Positions 38,448 through 47,100 of a DNA stretch of 64,000 nt are shown in pieces. The number at the start of each line of letters is the position of its first letter. Position 1 is the first letter of the stretch. The notes below the pieces were generated by a model. That model saw nothing but the letters and a program-made list of their open reading frames with translations. It ran no database searches and was not told the DNA's origin. The position numbers and the translations under genes were made by a program. The stretch covers positions 364-64,363 of the forward strand of contig JAUZPZ010000001.1 in NCBI GenBank assembly GCA_030705675.1, given 5' to 3'. The stretch is from Bacillota bacterium (GTDB lineage Bacteria; Bacillota; Clostridia; RUG12999).

Positions 38448-39212
38448 TTACTTCAAAGGCTCGATAACTTCGCCGGTTTCCGTGTCGACAAATGGCACTG
38501 AGTCGTTAACATCGGTAACAGCCGCGGGGTTAAGCCTTGTGGCATATACCTTTGTAGAATCAACAACTCCGGCAATAGCGGATTTCTCGTCATTGTTCAA
38601 TACACGGTCAAAGGCAAATGCTGCCTGTGAGAAAGTGATGCCTGACGCATTGGTGGCTTTTCTGAGTGTGATTTTTGTAACCACATCCGAAAGTTTACGT
38701 CCTCTGGTCAACTGACCCTTGACATAATTGGTGAAGGATTTGAGTGAGCCGGTAGGAAGCGAAAGAACAATCGGGAAAAGTTCGTTTTCACGAAGGATGT
38801 AAAGCATACGCTTGTTTTTACAAGCCTTGGACTGACCTTCACCACTTCCGAATTTGTTAAACTGACATTCGGCGCAATTGCCGCCGGGAGTTCCCGTGCC
38901 ACGGATACCGTCAAACGAACCGCAATCGGGGGGGTTGCTTCCGCCGGTATATTTGTCAACGTAATATGCGAATGCGGGGTGATTGAATACGATGACACCC
39001 TTGATTTCCTTTGCCATTTCGGAATCTTCTCCGTCAGAGAAAGGGATTTCAAATGCCGTTCCGCCTCCAGCGGGCAATTTCACGCGATCAAAGGAAAATT
39101 CGAGTCCCTGGCAATCGTCAGCCATAACATCTTTCATATCCATTTCCGCAAGAGCGGTGTAGCCACTGTTAACAACGAGTTCTGTGGTTTCTGTAGTTTT
39201 CTTATCTGACAT
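38448..39212 (-). CDS. Hypothetical replication/recombination-module protein with a Cys cluster
   Basis: 254 aa, CAECQFNKFGSGEGQSKACKN; no family recognised. Confidence 0.5.
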   Translation of the reverse strand: MSDKKTTETTELVVNSGYTALAEMDMKDVMADDCQGLEFSFDRVKLPAGGGTAFEIPFSDGEDSEMAKEIKGVIVFNHPAFAYYVDKYTGGSNPPDCGSFDGIRGTGTPGGNCAECQFNKFGSGEGQSKACKNKRMLYILRENELFPIVLSLPTGSLKSFTNYVKGQLTRGRKLSDVVTKITLRKATNASGITFSQAAFAFDRVLNNDEKSAIAGVVDSTKVYATRLNPAAVTDVNDSVPFVDTETGEVIEPLK

Positions 39213-39278
39213 GATTCATGTCCTCCTATAAATTAAGATGATTTTTCTTGTGTTGCATTGTTGCTGTGAGCGGAGTTG

Positions 39279-39689
39279 TTAAGATTTTCGGACTCCGACC
39301 GATACTTTCTCAAAAGCATTAACGGTGCCTTCAAGCCAGTCCGGCATTTCTGCACCGGTTATGTCGCGTTGCTCTTTAATGAAAGATGACAGGGTCTGTG
39401 CATTGACCGTTTCCACCACGAGAGAACCGTATCCGTGTTTCCTGAGGGCCTGCATCATTTCATCTTTGCGACCCGCAACCGGGGATGCGAACAGTCTGGA
39501 CTTCAAGTAGAATGTGTTTCCGCCCCTTGAGAAACGGTCGAGTTCGGCTTCTGCCATTGCATCGGAAAGAGTGGCGTCAAGGTCATCAATTTCCGCCGCT
39601 ATGGATTTTGCCTCGGCTTCGAGGCTTTTCTTCTGCTCTTGCAGAGTTTTGAGCTTGTCCGCCATTTCAAAGATTTGTTTATTTTCCAT
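39279..39689 (-). CDS. Hypothetical coiled-coil phage protein
   Basis: 136 aa, AAGGAGG RBS; preceded by conserved motif copy 2. Confidence 0.55.
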   Translation of the reverse strand: MENKQIFEMADKLKTLQEQKKSLEAEAKSIAAEIDDLDATLSDAMAEAELDRFSRGGNTFYLKSRLFASPVAGRKDEMMQALRKHGYGSLVVETVNAQTLSSFIKEQRDITGAEMPDWLEGTVNAFEKVSVGVRKS

Positions 39690-39708
39690 CGGTGACTACC
39701 TCCTTTCT

Positions 39709-39738
39709 AATACAAGCCGAAAAAGTCAACCCCCTCCG
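39709..39738 (-). promoter_or_regulatory. Copy 2 of the conserved ~30-nt intergenic motif
   Basis: Minus strand CGGAGGGGGTTGACTTTTTCGGCTTGTATT, in the 56-nt gap between the SNF2 gene and ORF 39279..39689. Confidence 0.5.
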
Positions 39739-39745
39739 ATGAGGG

Positions 39746-41185
39746 TCAGCTTTTGAAAGGATTTCGACCTTTGCGGTAGTCATCGACAAGTGCCTTTGCG
39801 AGGTTAACTTTATTCCGCAATGCACGGATTACCTTGCGGTCAACCGTATCACGGCAAACTAGGTAGATATAATGACAGTTTTCTTTTTGACCGGCTCTGT
39901 GTATTCTAGCCTTTGCTTGCTCGAAATTGGACATGGAATAATCCATAGAAAAGAAAACCATAGTTGAGGCGGCCGTTAGTGTGATTCCCAGACCGGCTGC
40001 GGCAATTTGTCCGAGAAACACCCGACACTTATCGTCATACTGGAATCTGTGAATTTCATCATCTCTGTTTTTGATACCGCCGCGAACAACCGCATAGCTG
40101 ATTCTTTTTTTCTCCAGTAAATCCTGAATGGCATCAAGTTCAGGGACGAACCTTGCCATCACAACAATTTTTTTGTCTTCAGCCATAGCCGAATCCAGGA
40201 TGTCCGAGAGGGCATCTAATTTTGCCGTGCTAACGGCATTTATGTTACCGTTGTCATCTGTGAGAAACCCGCCTGTAATTTGTGACAGGCGAAGCAGTCT
40301 TGTGAGAACATTTGCGGTTGTGATTTCCGTTTCATCGAGTTCGGCATAGGATTCTTCCTCAATGCTTTCATAAAATTTAGCCGCATCCTCTTCAAGGTTT
40401 ACTGTACGGATTTCCTCTGTGATTGCGGGGAGGTCGAGACATTCTGCCTTTGTGACTCGGAACGCAACGGAGTGCATTCGTTTCAAAAAGTCCTCCGTCA
40501 TCCATTTGCGAAAAATAGGAGTATGCTGTCCGTAACCGCCCATATCGAAATACTTGTTTCTGAATGCATAGAACGACAAACCGAAAATTTGTGAGTTGAG
40601 AAAACGGTACTGACTGAACACATCCATTTCCCGGTTAGTAATTACGGTGCCTGTCAGGAGCATCCTATATCGTGCGTGGTCACCGAGGGTGTGCATTCCT
40701 TTGCTTTGCGACGTGCGATTTTCTTTCAGTTTGTGTGCCTCATCCGCGATAATGAGGTCGGCGTTGTATGCAAAAAGTTCTTTTTCGAGCCGCCACGATG
40801 ACTCATAATTTACAACCACAACCTGCAGCCCCTTATCGGGCAATTTCTTCAGCTGTTCTTTTTTCTTCGCCGATGAACCTTTCAGTACGGTCAACGAATA
40901 CGTAAAGTCGGCGAATTTTTCAAATTCCTCTTGCCATACACCGAGAATGGAAAGCGGAGCAACAACGAGAACCCTGTCAATTTTTCTTTGGCGGTACATA
41001 CATCCGGCAACAGCTATGCTTACGATTGTTTTTCCTGTACCCATTTCCATCAGCAGAGCGATTCCGCGGCTTTTGATGTTGTCCGTAAAGACACCGAACT
41101 TGTCGCAGGTAAAAGCAAATGCATTCTTTTGATGCTCGTATGGGGTTGCCTTTATCGGCATAAGCATTGGGGTCTCGTTATTCAT
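39746..41185 (-). CDS. SNF2-family helicase (phage replication module)
   Basis: LLMEMGTGKT, IIADEAHKLKE, LLTGTVITN, RIHRAGQ motifs; start MNNETPM overlaps the upstream stop (ATGAATAA). Confidence 0.85.
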   Translation of the reverse strand: MNNETPMLMPIKATPYEHQKNAFAFTCDKFGVFTDNIKSRGIALLMEMGTGKTIVSIAVAGCMYRQRKIDRVLVVAPLSILGVWQEEFEKFADFTYSLTVLKGSSAKKKEQLKKLPDKGLQVVVVNYESSWRLEKELFAYNADLIIADEAHKLKENRTSQSKGMHTLGDHARYRMLLTGTVITNREMDVFSQYRFLNSQIFGLSFYAFRNKYFDMGGYGQHTPIFRKWMTEDFLKRMHSVAFRVTKAECLDLPAITEEIRTVNLEEDAAKFYESIEEESYAELDETEITTANVLTRLLRLSQITGGFLTDDNGNINAVSTAKLDALSDILDSAMAEDKKIVVMARFVPELDAIQDLLEKKRISYAVVRGGIKNRDDEIHRFQYDDKCRVFLGQIAAAGLGITLTAASTMVFFSMDYSMSNFEQAKARIHRAGQKENCHYIYLVCRDTVDRKVIRALRNKVNLAKALVDDYRKGRNPFKS

Positions 41186-41399
41186 TCGGCTCACCCCTTT
41201 TCTGCGAAGAGGTGCTTTGAGGCAGTTCACAGATTTCAACCCCGAGAACGGTTTTTCCGGGAGTGAGAACCATTACCTCACAGAATTCGCCGAAGATGAA
41301 TCGAATGATTTTCTTGGGAATACTCATTTTTCGAGTACGGAGTATCTCTATCCCTTCACCGTTGTGACCTGCAACATTGATTTTTACTGTGTGTTTCAT
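41178..41399 (-). CDS. Hypothetical small phage protein
   Basis: 73 aa from MKHTVKINVAG, AAGGAGG 8 nt upstream (alternative ATG at 41405). Confidence 0.5.
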   Translation of the reverse strand: MKHTVKINVAGHNGEGIEILRTRKMSIPKKIIRFIFGEFCEVMVLTPGKTVLGVEICELPQSTSSQKRGEPNE

Positions 41400-41457
41400 T
41401 TTCATATCCTCCTTGTGGATTGATTCTTTGTAAGGAGGAGGGGCGAACCCTGCTCCC

Positions 41458-41487
41458 ACTACAAGCCGGAAAAGTCAACCCTCCGTC
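41458..41487 (-). promoter_or_regulatory. Copy 3 of the conserved ~30-nt intergenic motif
   Basis: Minus strand GACGGAGGGTTGACTTTTCCGGCTTGTAGT, between ORFs 41495..42118 and 41178..41399. Confidence 0.5.
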
Positions 41488-41494
41488 CTGGTAG

Positions 41495-42118
41495 CTATTT
41501 GCAGTGGTTCTGTTTCGGCTTGTCCACACCAAAATACTTACAAGCCTTGGCTATAATTTTGTTCCAACGGTTGTGCATTGCTTGCTTGGTGATTGCTTTG
41601 CCGGTGCAGAGTTCCTCTTCACGGCGGATATCCTCCAAGAATTTCATCGCGCCGAGGTGTTCGTAAATTAGGTCTATTTGCGACTCCGGCAAAGAGTGAA
41701 TCCATTCTGTGATTTCCGCAATACGAGGGTCGGTAGGTGATTCTTCCTGAAACAGCAGAGAAAATGTATCGGCAGACTTGCCTGCAATGCAATTAATCGG
41801 GTCATCACGAAAGTCATCGTCCTCGGTTGAATTCGAATCGGATTTTTTTTGCTGATTACGGAAACCGAAGTCTGTATTTTCATCATCATATCTGCTACCG
41901 AGGTCGACATCGTGGTCATCTTGGTCGAGAAGGATGATGATGTCCCGGTTTTCCTCGGTGAACGGGATAGTCGCAAGAACCTCCCGCTCCCACTTGCCGT
42001 TTTCTTGCCTGACCCATTGGGTATAGATGTAGTTGCCGGATTCATCCACATAGGAATCCCGGCTGTTGTTGAAGTGGCTCTTTTTTTCAAATGGCGTTGT
42101 TTCATCTTTTCGTTGCAT
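41495..42118 (-). CDS. First early-operon gene: acidic protein with a C-terminal HTH-like segment (hypothetical regulator)
   Basis: Start MQRKDETTPF behind ACGGAGG; C-terminal KAITKQAMHNRWNKIIAKACKYFG. Confidence 0.55.
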   Translation of the reverse strand: MQRKDETTPFEKKSHFNNSRDSYVDESGNYIYTQWVRQENGKWEREVLATIPFTEENRDIIILLDQDDHDVDLGSRYDDENTDFGFRNQQKKSDSNSTEDDDFRDDPINCIAGKSADTFSLLFQEESPTDPRIAEITEWIHSLPESQIDLIYEHLGAMKFLEDIRREEELCTGKAITKQAMHNRWNKIIAKACKYFGVDKPKQNHCK

Positions 42119-42408
42119 AAAAAATCCTCCGTTTTCGTGTTCTCGAAACGGAGGATTGTAGGTAAGGCTGCAAAATAGGTACAAGGAAAAGACCGCAGTC
42201 CTAACGAATTTTTCTCCGTTTCGGATTGCAGCAACCCGCTCAAAAGGCAGCCACAGTATTCAATTGTCTGTCGAGATTTGTTGAGCCACCGAAGGCCAAT
42301 CGGTGCAATTCTCGGCAGAGAGCAGTTGCTGTCCTGCTCACGGCAAGTCCTTTACAAGCACTAAATGTCCATCAAGTTGAACAAATGTCCTTAACTCGAA
42401 ACAATTAA

Positions 42409-42437
42409 TTGACAAATGGACATTTCCGTGATATAAT
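42409..42437 (+). promoter_or_regulatory. Consensus sigma-70 promoter driving the + strand defence arm, with overlapping operator-like repeats
   Basis: TTGACA (42409-14), 17 nt, TATAAT (42432-37). AAATGTCC at 42363 and 42383, and inverted GGACATTT at 42418 inside the spacer. Confidence 0.75.
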
Positions 42438-42571
42438 ATAAATATTCTTGTGTAACCACGGACTGGCTGTTCTTAAGAACTGCTTTTATTATACAAATGG
42501 CCTTGTGCGATTTGGTGATTAAATGGTACGGTGTGGTACATCATGGTACAAAGCAAAGGAGGAGATACATC

Positions 42572-43708
42572 ATGGAATTTAAAGATTTTTTCTCAACACT
42601 CAAAAAAAGGATATCTGATGGTTATGATGTGCCGGAATTCTTTCATGACTTGTTTGCCATGATTACCGACGTCACCGAAGAAGAATGGGGTACTCCACTT
42701 GACCCCGCTACAAAAAAAGCAAAAGAGTCGTCTTTAAGGTCTTATGCCAAGAGAACCATTCCACAAAAATTTGCGCAGAAGATTGTTTATAGATTATCGA
42801 AAGAAAATTTTATTGAAAGTTTGAACAGCAGACCTACCGATGCATTAGAGCTTTTAGCCGATGACTTCCTGGCATACGATGCCGAAACAAACAAGGACAA
42901 TGTTGCCGAGAAAACAGCAGACTGGTTTGTCGAGATTATTCAGAATGCCGCAGGTTTTGTACCTAAAAGTGCAATGGAGCAAAGTAAACAACAACTTGCT
43001 GCAGCAGATTTGAAAGCGAAATACGGCCTGTATCTTTTAAGTGAAGTCGGACATAACTGTCCGTTTCCGGGATGCGGAAGATTGCTTACAAAAACGAACG
43101 ACGGAAAAACTGTTGATTCTTACGAGGTAAGCCTTATAGACAAGAAAAAAGCACCGGAGATACAAAATCTCCTGGCGCTTTGCCCTCAGTGTTACGCTAC
43201 ATATTTTCTTGATGATACACCGAAATCGTGTAAAGAGCTTCAAGAAGTTAAACGGTTGTTAGTGACGCATAATGGCAGTGTAGCGTTGCTAGATAATCTT
43301 CCTTTGGAAAAAGGAATGGTTGGGGTAATCAAGAAAGTTGTTAAACTAAAAGAATCCGACCTTGTAAATGCTTCACTTGATCCAAAGGAAATCAAGCAAA
43401 AACTGAACCCAGCGGACAATATTGCTCTTTACACGCAAGTAAATATGTATGTTACAACTTATTTTGTTAGAATCCGTGAAATAATGATGAGCCTTGATAA
43501 GCGCGGAGATATAGAGTACGATGAAATCCAAGACCAAATGCGAGCAATATATAAAAGATTGAAGAAAGCTAAAAAGGCAAATATGGAAATCTTTAATGAG
43601 ATAGTCGACAAAATACATCGTGTAAGTCTTCAAGAGGATATATACTGTCAAATTATTGTTTCATATTTCATTCAAAGTTGTGAGGTATTCGATGCAATTA
43701 CCAAATAA
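42572..43708 (+). CDS. ABC-3C-type effector-position protein: helical N-terminal region, degenerate HNH/zinc-ribbon, conserved C-terminal domain
   Basis: AAGGAGG RBS; HNCPFPGCG...NLLALCPQCY lacks the HNH catalytic His; first gene of an effector-MC-ABC triad. Confidence 0.6.
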   Translation: MEFKDFFSTLKKRISDGYDVPEFFHDLFAMITDVTEEEWGTPLDPATKKAKESSLRSYAKRTIPQKFAQKIVYRLSKENFIESLNSRPTDALELLADDFLAYDAETNKDNVAEKTADWFVEIIQNAAGFVPKSAMEQSKQQLAAADLKAKYGLYLLSEVGHNCPFPGCGRLLTKTNDGKTVDSYEVSLIDKKKAPEIQNLLALCPQCYATYFLDDTPKSCKELQEVKRLLVTHNGSVALLDNLPLEKGMVGVIKKVVKLKESDLVNASLDPKEIKQKLNPADNIALYTQVNMYVTTYFVRIREIMMSLDKRGDIEYDEIQDQMRAIYKRLKKAKKANMEIFNEIVDKIHRVSLQEDIYCQIIVSYFIQSCEVFDAITK

Positions 43709-43919
43709 ACTATATTCGTATAAGAACAGCACACTGGCTTTAGTACCCGTCATTTTAAATGAAATCAAGGACAAGCCGCTGCTGGCATATGATTTGTTCC
43801 AAAAAGTAAAACCATTCTTAGATGATGCCACAGATTTTCTGTCGGTCATGGATTGTCTATATGCTTTACAGGCAGTTGATATTGATGATGAAGGAGAAGT
43901 GTTCCTATGCTTACAATGA
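43692..43919 (+). CDS. ABC-3C-type middle component (small wHTH-like protein)
   Basis: 75 aa from MQLPNKLYSY; overlaps both neighbours (17 nt and 13 nt). Confidence 0.55.
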   Translation: MQLPNKLYSYKNSTLALVPVILNEIKDKPLLAYDLFQKVKPFLDDATDFLSVMDCLYALQAVDIDDEGEVFLCLQ

Positions 43920-45550
43920 TGAGTTCACCGGCCTTTAAGATTAAAGGTCAAGAGCGCCCTCCTATCATATTTAAGGAAGGGCTCAATGTTGTTCTCGGAA
44001 AAAATGACGGTAAGATGTCTATTGGTAAATCGTCTGCTTTGCTTGCGATTGATTTTGTATTCGGCGGAGACACCTATATCAAAAGTGATGGTGTTAGAAA
44101 AGAAGGACATCATACTATCTATTTTGAATTTACATTTAACGGTGTACCATATCGATTCGGTCGGAATACGGGTGACGCAAACAATATTTTTCAATGTGAT
44201 ATAAACAACAATCCAACCGGCGAGTTTCTCACAAAGGAAGAATTTACCGATTGGTTAAAAAAGCAGTATGGCATTGATTTTGTAGGTCTTTCTTTCCGAA
44301 CAACCCTCAGTAGCTTTTTCAGAATCTACGGCAAGGAAAACACAGATGAGCGTAGACCACTCCGTGGGATACCCGGTCAAGACATGGAGAAGTCTATTAA
44401 TATACTTTTGGCTTTGTTCAACAAGTATAAGGATATCGAAGAATTCAAGAGCAGTGTTACCGAGCAAGGAAGTAGATTAAGTGCATTTCGACAAGCAAGA
44501 AAATATGATTTTATTTCCAATCTTGTCGGTGGCACAAAAAAGTATAATGAAAATACTGAAAAAATCTGTGCCCTAGAAATTCAACTCAGCTCACTTACCG
44601 AAGAAGCTGTAAAAGGCCATACTGACGAAGAAATCGAAAAGAACAAGCAAAAAGCGGCCCTTACTACTCAAAAATATAATGTCGAAGCAGCAATCCAGGC
44701 AAAGCAACGCAAAATGCAGTTGTTGGATATGAGTCTCGAATACGGCTTGTATCCCACCGAAGCTGATATGTCCGCATTGCAAGAATTTTTCCCGGGGGTC
44801 AATCTTCGAAAATTATACGAAGTTGAGAAATACCATCAGAAGTTAGCGAAAATACTTGATGGACAATTCGCTGATGAGAAGAAGGCTATCGAGCAAGAAA
44901 TCCAAGCACTTCAAGCACAACTTGATGAGACAAAAGCACAGATAAAACAGCTTGGTTTCGTCGGAAATATTTCAAAAGAGTTCTTGGACAGGCATTCCGA
45001 AATTAAAGCGGAAATCGATGCTTTGAGAACCCAGAACCAGGCGTATATAACCCTAAAAGAGTTGCAAGAGGCAAAAGCAAAAGCTGAAGAGGTTTTGCGG
45101 CGTAGCATTGAGGACATTCTGAAGGAAATCGAAGCAAAATTGAATTTAAAAATGAAAGAATTCAACGACTCACTTTTTACTACCTCACGGAAACCGCCCC
45201 ATATTCAATTCAACAAGCACGATAGTTATAAATTTGAAACGCCGGATGATACCGGAACAGGTTCAAATTATAAAGGTATGATTGTTTATGATTTGGCTGT
45301 GCTATTTACAACGGCACTCCCGGCAATCGCACACGATTCTTTGGTTTTTAAGAACTTGGAAAAAGACGTGGAAGACGGCATTATGAGAATATACGCCTCT
45401 ACAAAAAAACAGGTGTTTATTTCTTACGATAAACAAGGTGATTGTCGACAAGAAACTCAAAAAATACTTGAAAGTAATAAAGTACTACAACTATCAGATG
45501 ACAATTGTGAACTGTATGGCAGGTCTTGGAACAAGGAGGAGCGGAAATAA
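43907..45550 (+). CDS. Coiled-coil ABC/SMC-like ATPase (DUF2326 / YydD-like)
   Basis: Walker A GKMSIGKS, ~220 aa E/K/Q-rich coiled coil, Walker B-like GMIVYD followed by AIAHDSLVF. Confidence 0.7.
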   Translation: MLTMMSSPAFKIKGQERPPIIFKEGLNVVLGKNDGKMSIGKSSALLAIDFVFGGDTYIKSDGVRKEGHHTIYFEFTFNGVPYRFGRNTGDANNIFQCDINNNPTGEFLTKEEFTDWLKKQYGIDFVGLSFRTTLSSFFRIYGKENTDERRPLRGIPGQDMEKSINILLALFNKYKDIEEFKSSVTEQGSRLSAFRQARKYDFISNLVGGTKKYNENTEKICALEIQLSSLTEEAVKGHTDEEIEKNKQKAALTTQKYNVEAAIQAKQRKMQLLDMSLEYGLYPTEADMSALQEFFPGVNLRKLYEVEKYHQKLAKILDGQFADEKKAIEQEIQALQAQLDETKAQIKQLGFVGNISKEFLDRHSEIKAEIDALRTQNQAYITLKELQEAKAKAEEVLRRSIEDILKEIEAKLNLKMKEFNDSLFTTSRKPPHIQFNKHDSYKFETPDDTGTGSNYKGMIVYDLAVLFTTALPAIAHDSLVFKNLEKDVEDGIMRIYASTKKQVFISYDKQGDCRQETQKILESNKVLQLSDDNCELYGRSWNKEERK

Positions 45551-45772
45551 ATGAAAATGAGCTATAACCGACTTTGGAAATTACTGATTGATAAAGGCAT
45601 GAAAAAATCCGACCTTCGCCAAGTGGCCGGAGTGAGTGCGTCTTCCCTTGCAAAGCTCAGCAAGGGTGACAATGTAACCACCGAGGTCATATTGAGAATT
45701 TGCGGTGCTTTAGATTGCCGTGTCGAAGATATTATGGAGGCTGTTCCAGATACCTTAGGTGGGCATAAATGA
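45551..45772 (+). CDS. XRE-family HTH protein (73 aa)
   Basis: KKSDLRQVAGVSASSLAKLSKGDNVTTEVILRICGAL; its ATG abuts the ABC ATPase stop (TAAATG). Confidence 0.8.
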   Translation: MKMSYNRLWKLLIDKGMKKSDLRQVAGVSASSLAKLSKGDNVTTEVILRICGALDCRVEDIMEAVPDTLGGHK

Positions 45773-45821
45773 GATAATATGTTTTTGACATTTGTAAAAA
45801 TAAGTGAGCAGGAGAATTTGT

Positions 45822-47099
45822 ATGCCAGCATCAAACAATGAGGCTCGAGGCCTAACATTTATAGATTTATTTGCGGGTGCCGGCGGATTGTCGGAGGGCT
45901 TCATTCAAGCCGGTTTTCGTCCAATTGCACACGTAGAAATGAACCAATTTGCAGCTCAAACATTAGAAACAAGGACTGCATACTACTGCTTTAAAGCTGC
46001 AAATAAACTCGATGTTTATTATGACTATTTAAAAGGGGAAATGACTCGGAGTGACTTTATTAAACTACCTCCGGCAAGCGCATTAAAAACAATTATCTGT
46101 GAAACCATGTCTGACTCCACGCTTCCACAAATATTCAAGACAGTTGATGGCATCATAAAATTGCAAGGGATTAAATCAGTTGATGTTATCATCGGAGGCC
46201 CACCATGCCAAGCATACTCTCTTGTTGGGAGAGCACAAAGTAGTCACATGAAAAAACCGATGTCCGAAGACCCACGAAATAGTTTGTATAAGCTTTATGC
46301 AAGATTTTTGAAAAGATATCATCCAAAAATGTTCGTGTTTGAAAATGTTATGGGAATTGAATCGGCAAACAACGGTACAACTTGGAGTAACATAAAAAAG
46401 TATTTACGTCGTGTCGGATATGAAATCGAATATAAAAAGCAAAATTCAAGCGACTTCGGAGTTCTCCAAAACCGGAATAGAATGATTGTAGTTGGCTGGT
46501 TGAAAGATAGCGGACTTCATTATCCTAACTTTGAAAAAGTTCAAGTCAATGCCGTTGTAAACGACCTTCTACACGATTTGCCCGCCTTGCTTCCAGGAGA
46601 GCACGGAGAAAAATATCGTTCTGCCAAAATGAGTGACTATGTGGAACAAACGGGCATCCGTGTTAAAGATGATGTGTTAACGCTCCATCAAAGCAGACCC
46701 AATGTTGACCGTGATATTCAAATATATAAGAAAGCAATTGAACTCTGGAATGATGGTCATAAGCGTCTTAACTATAACAGTCTGCCAACAGAATTGAAAA
46801 CGCATAAAAATCTAACCTCTTTTACGGATCGATTTAAGGTCGTAGAAGGTGATGAATCTTGCTGTCATACAGTATTGGCGCATCTTTCAAAGGATGGTCA
46901 CTATTTTATCCACCCGGATATTAAACAGCATCGTTCAATTACAGTGAGAGAAGCGGCAAGAATACAATCATTCCCAGATAGTTACTATTTTGAGGGGCCA
47001 AGAACAGCTCAATTTGTACAGATTGGCAATGCTGTCCCACCGATGATGGCAAGAGGAATTGCTCTTGGATTGAAGGAACAATTGCAGCAGGAGGAATAA
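45822..47099 (+). CDS. drmMII: DNA (cytosine-5) methyltransferase (DrmMII-like)
   Basis: FIDLFAGAGGLSEGF, GGPPCQAYS, FVFENV, QNRNR, TVREAARIQSFPD, GNAVPP motifs. Confidence 0.85.
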   Translation: MPASNNEARGLTFIDLFAGAGGLSEGFIQAGFRPIAHVEMNQFAAQTLETRTAYYCFKAANKLDVYYDYLKGEMTRSDFIKLPPASALKTIICETMSDSTLPQIFKTVDGIIKLQGIKSVDVIIGGPPCQAYSLVGRAQSSHMKKPMSEDPRNSLYKLYARFLKRYHPKMFVFENVMGIESANNGTTWSNIKKYLRRVGYEIEYKKQNSSDFGVLQNRNRMIVVGWLKDSGLHYPNFEKVQVNAVVNDLLHDLPALLPGEHGEKYRSAKMSDYVEQTGIRVKDDVLTLHQSRPNVDRDIQIYKKAIELWNDGHKRLNYNSLPTELKTHKNLTSFTDRFKVVEGDESCCHTVLAHLSKDGHYFIHPDIKQHRSITVREAARIQSFPDSYYFEGPRTAQFVQIGNAVPPMMARGIALGLKEQLQQEE

Positions 47100-47100
47100 A

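Noticed and set aside
2182-42243. Many 60-190 aa ORFs antisense to, or out of frame with, long CDSs (for example 2182..2511, 2833..3189, 9797..10135, 14501..15052, 26165..26431, 26704..27096, 29073..29570, 30415..30879, 37623..38060, 41674..42243)
   Set aside because: They lie entirely inside longer ORFs that carry clear family motifs, and they have skewed composition (Arg/Ser/Pro-rich). They are shadow ORFs typical of the ~50 % GC phage body.
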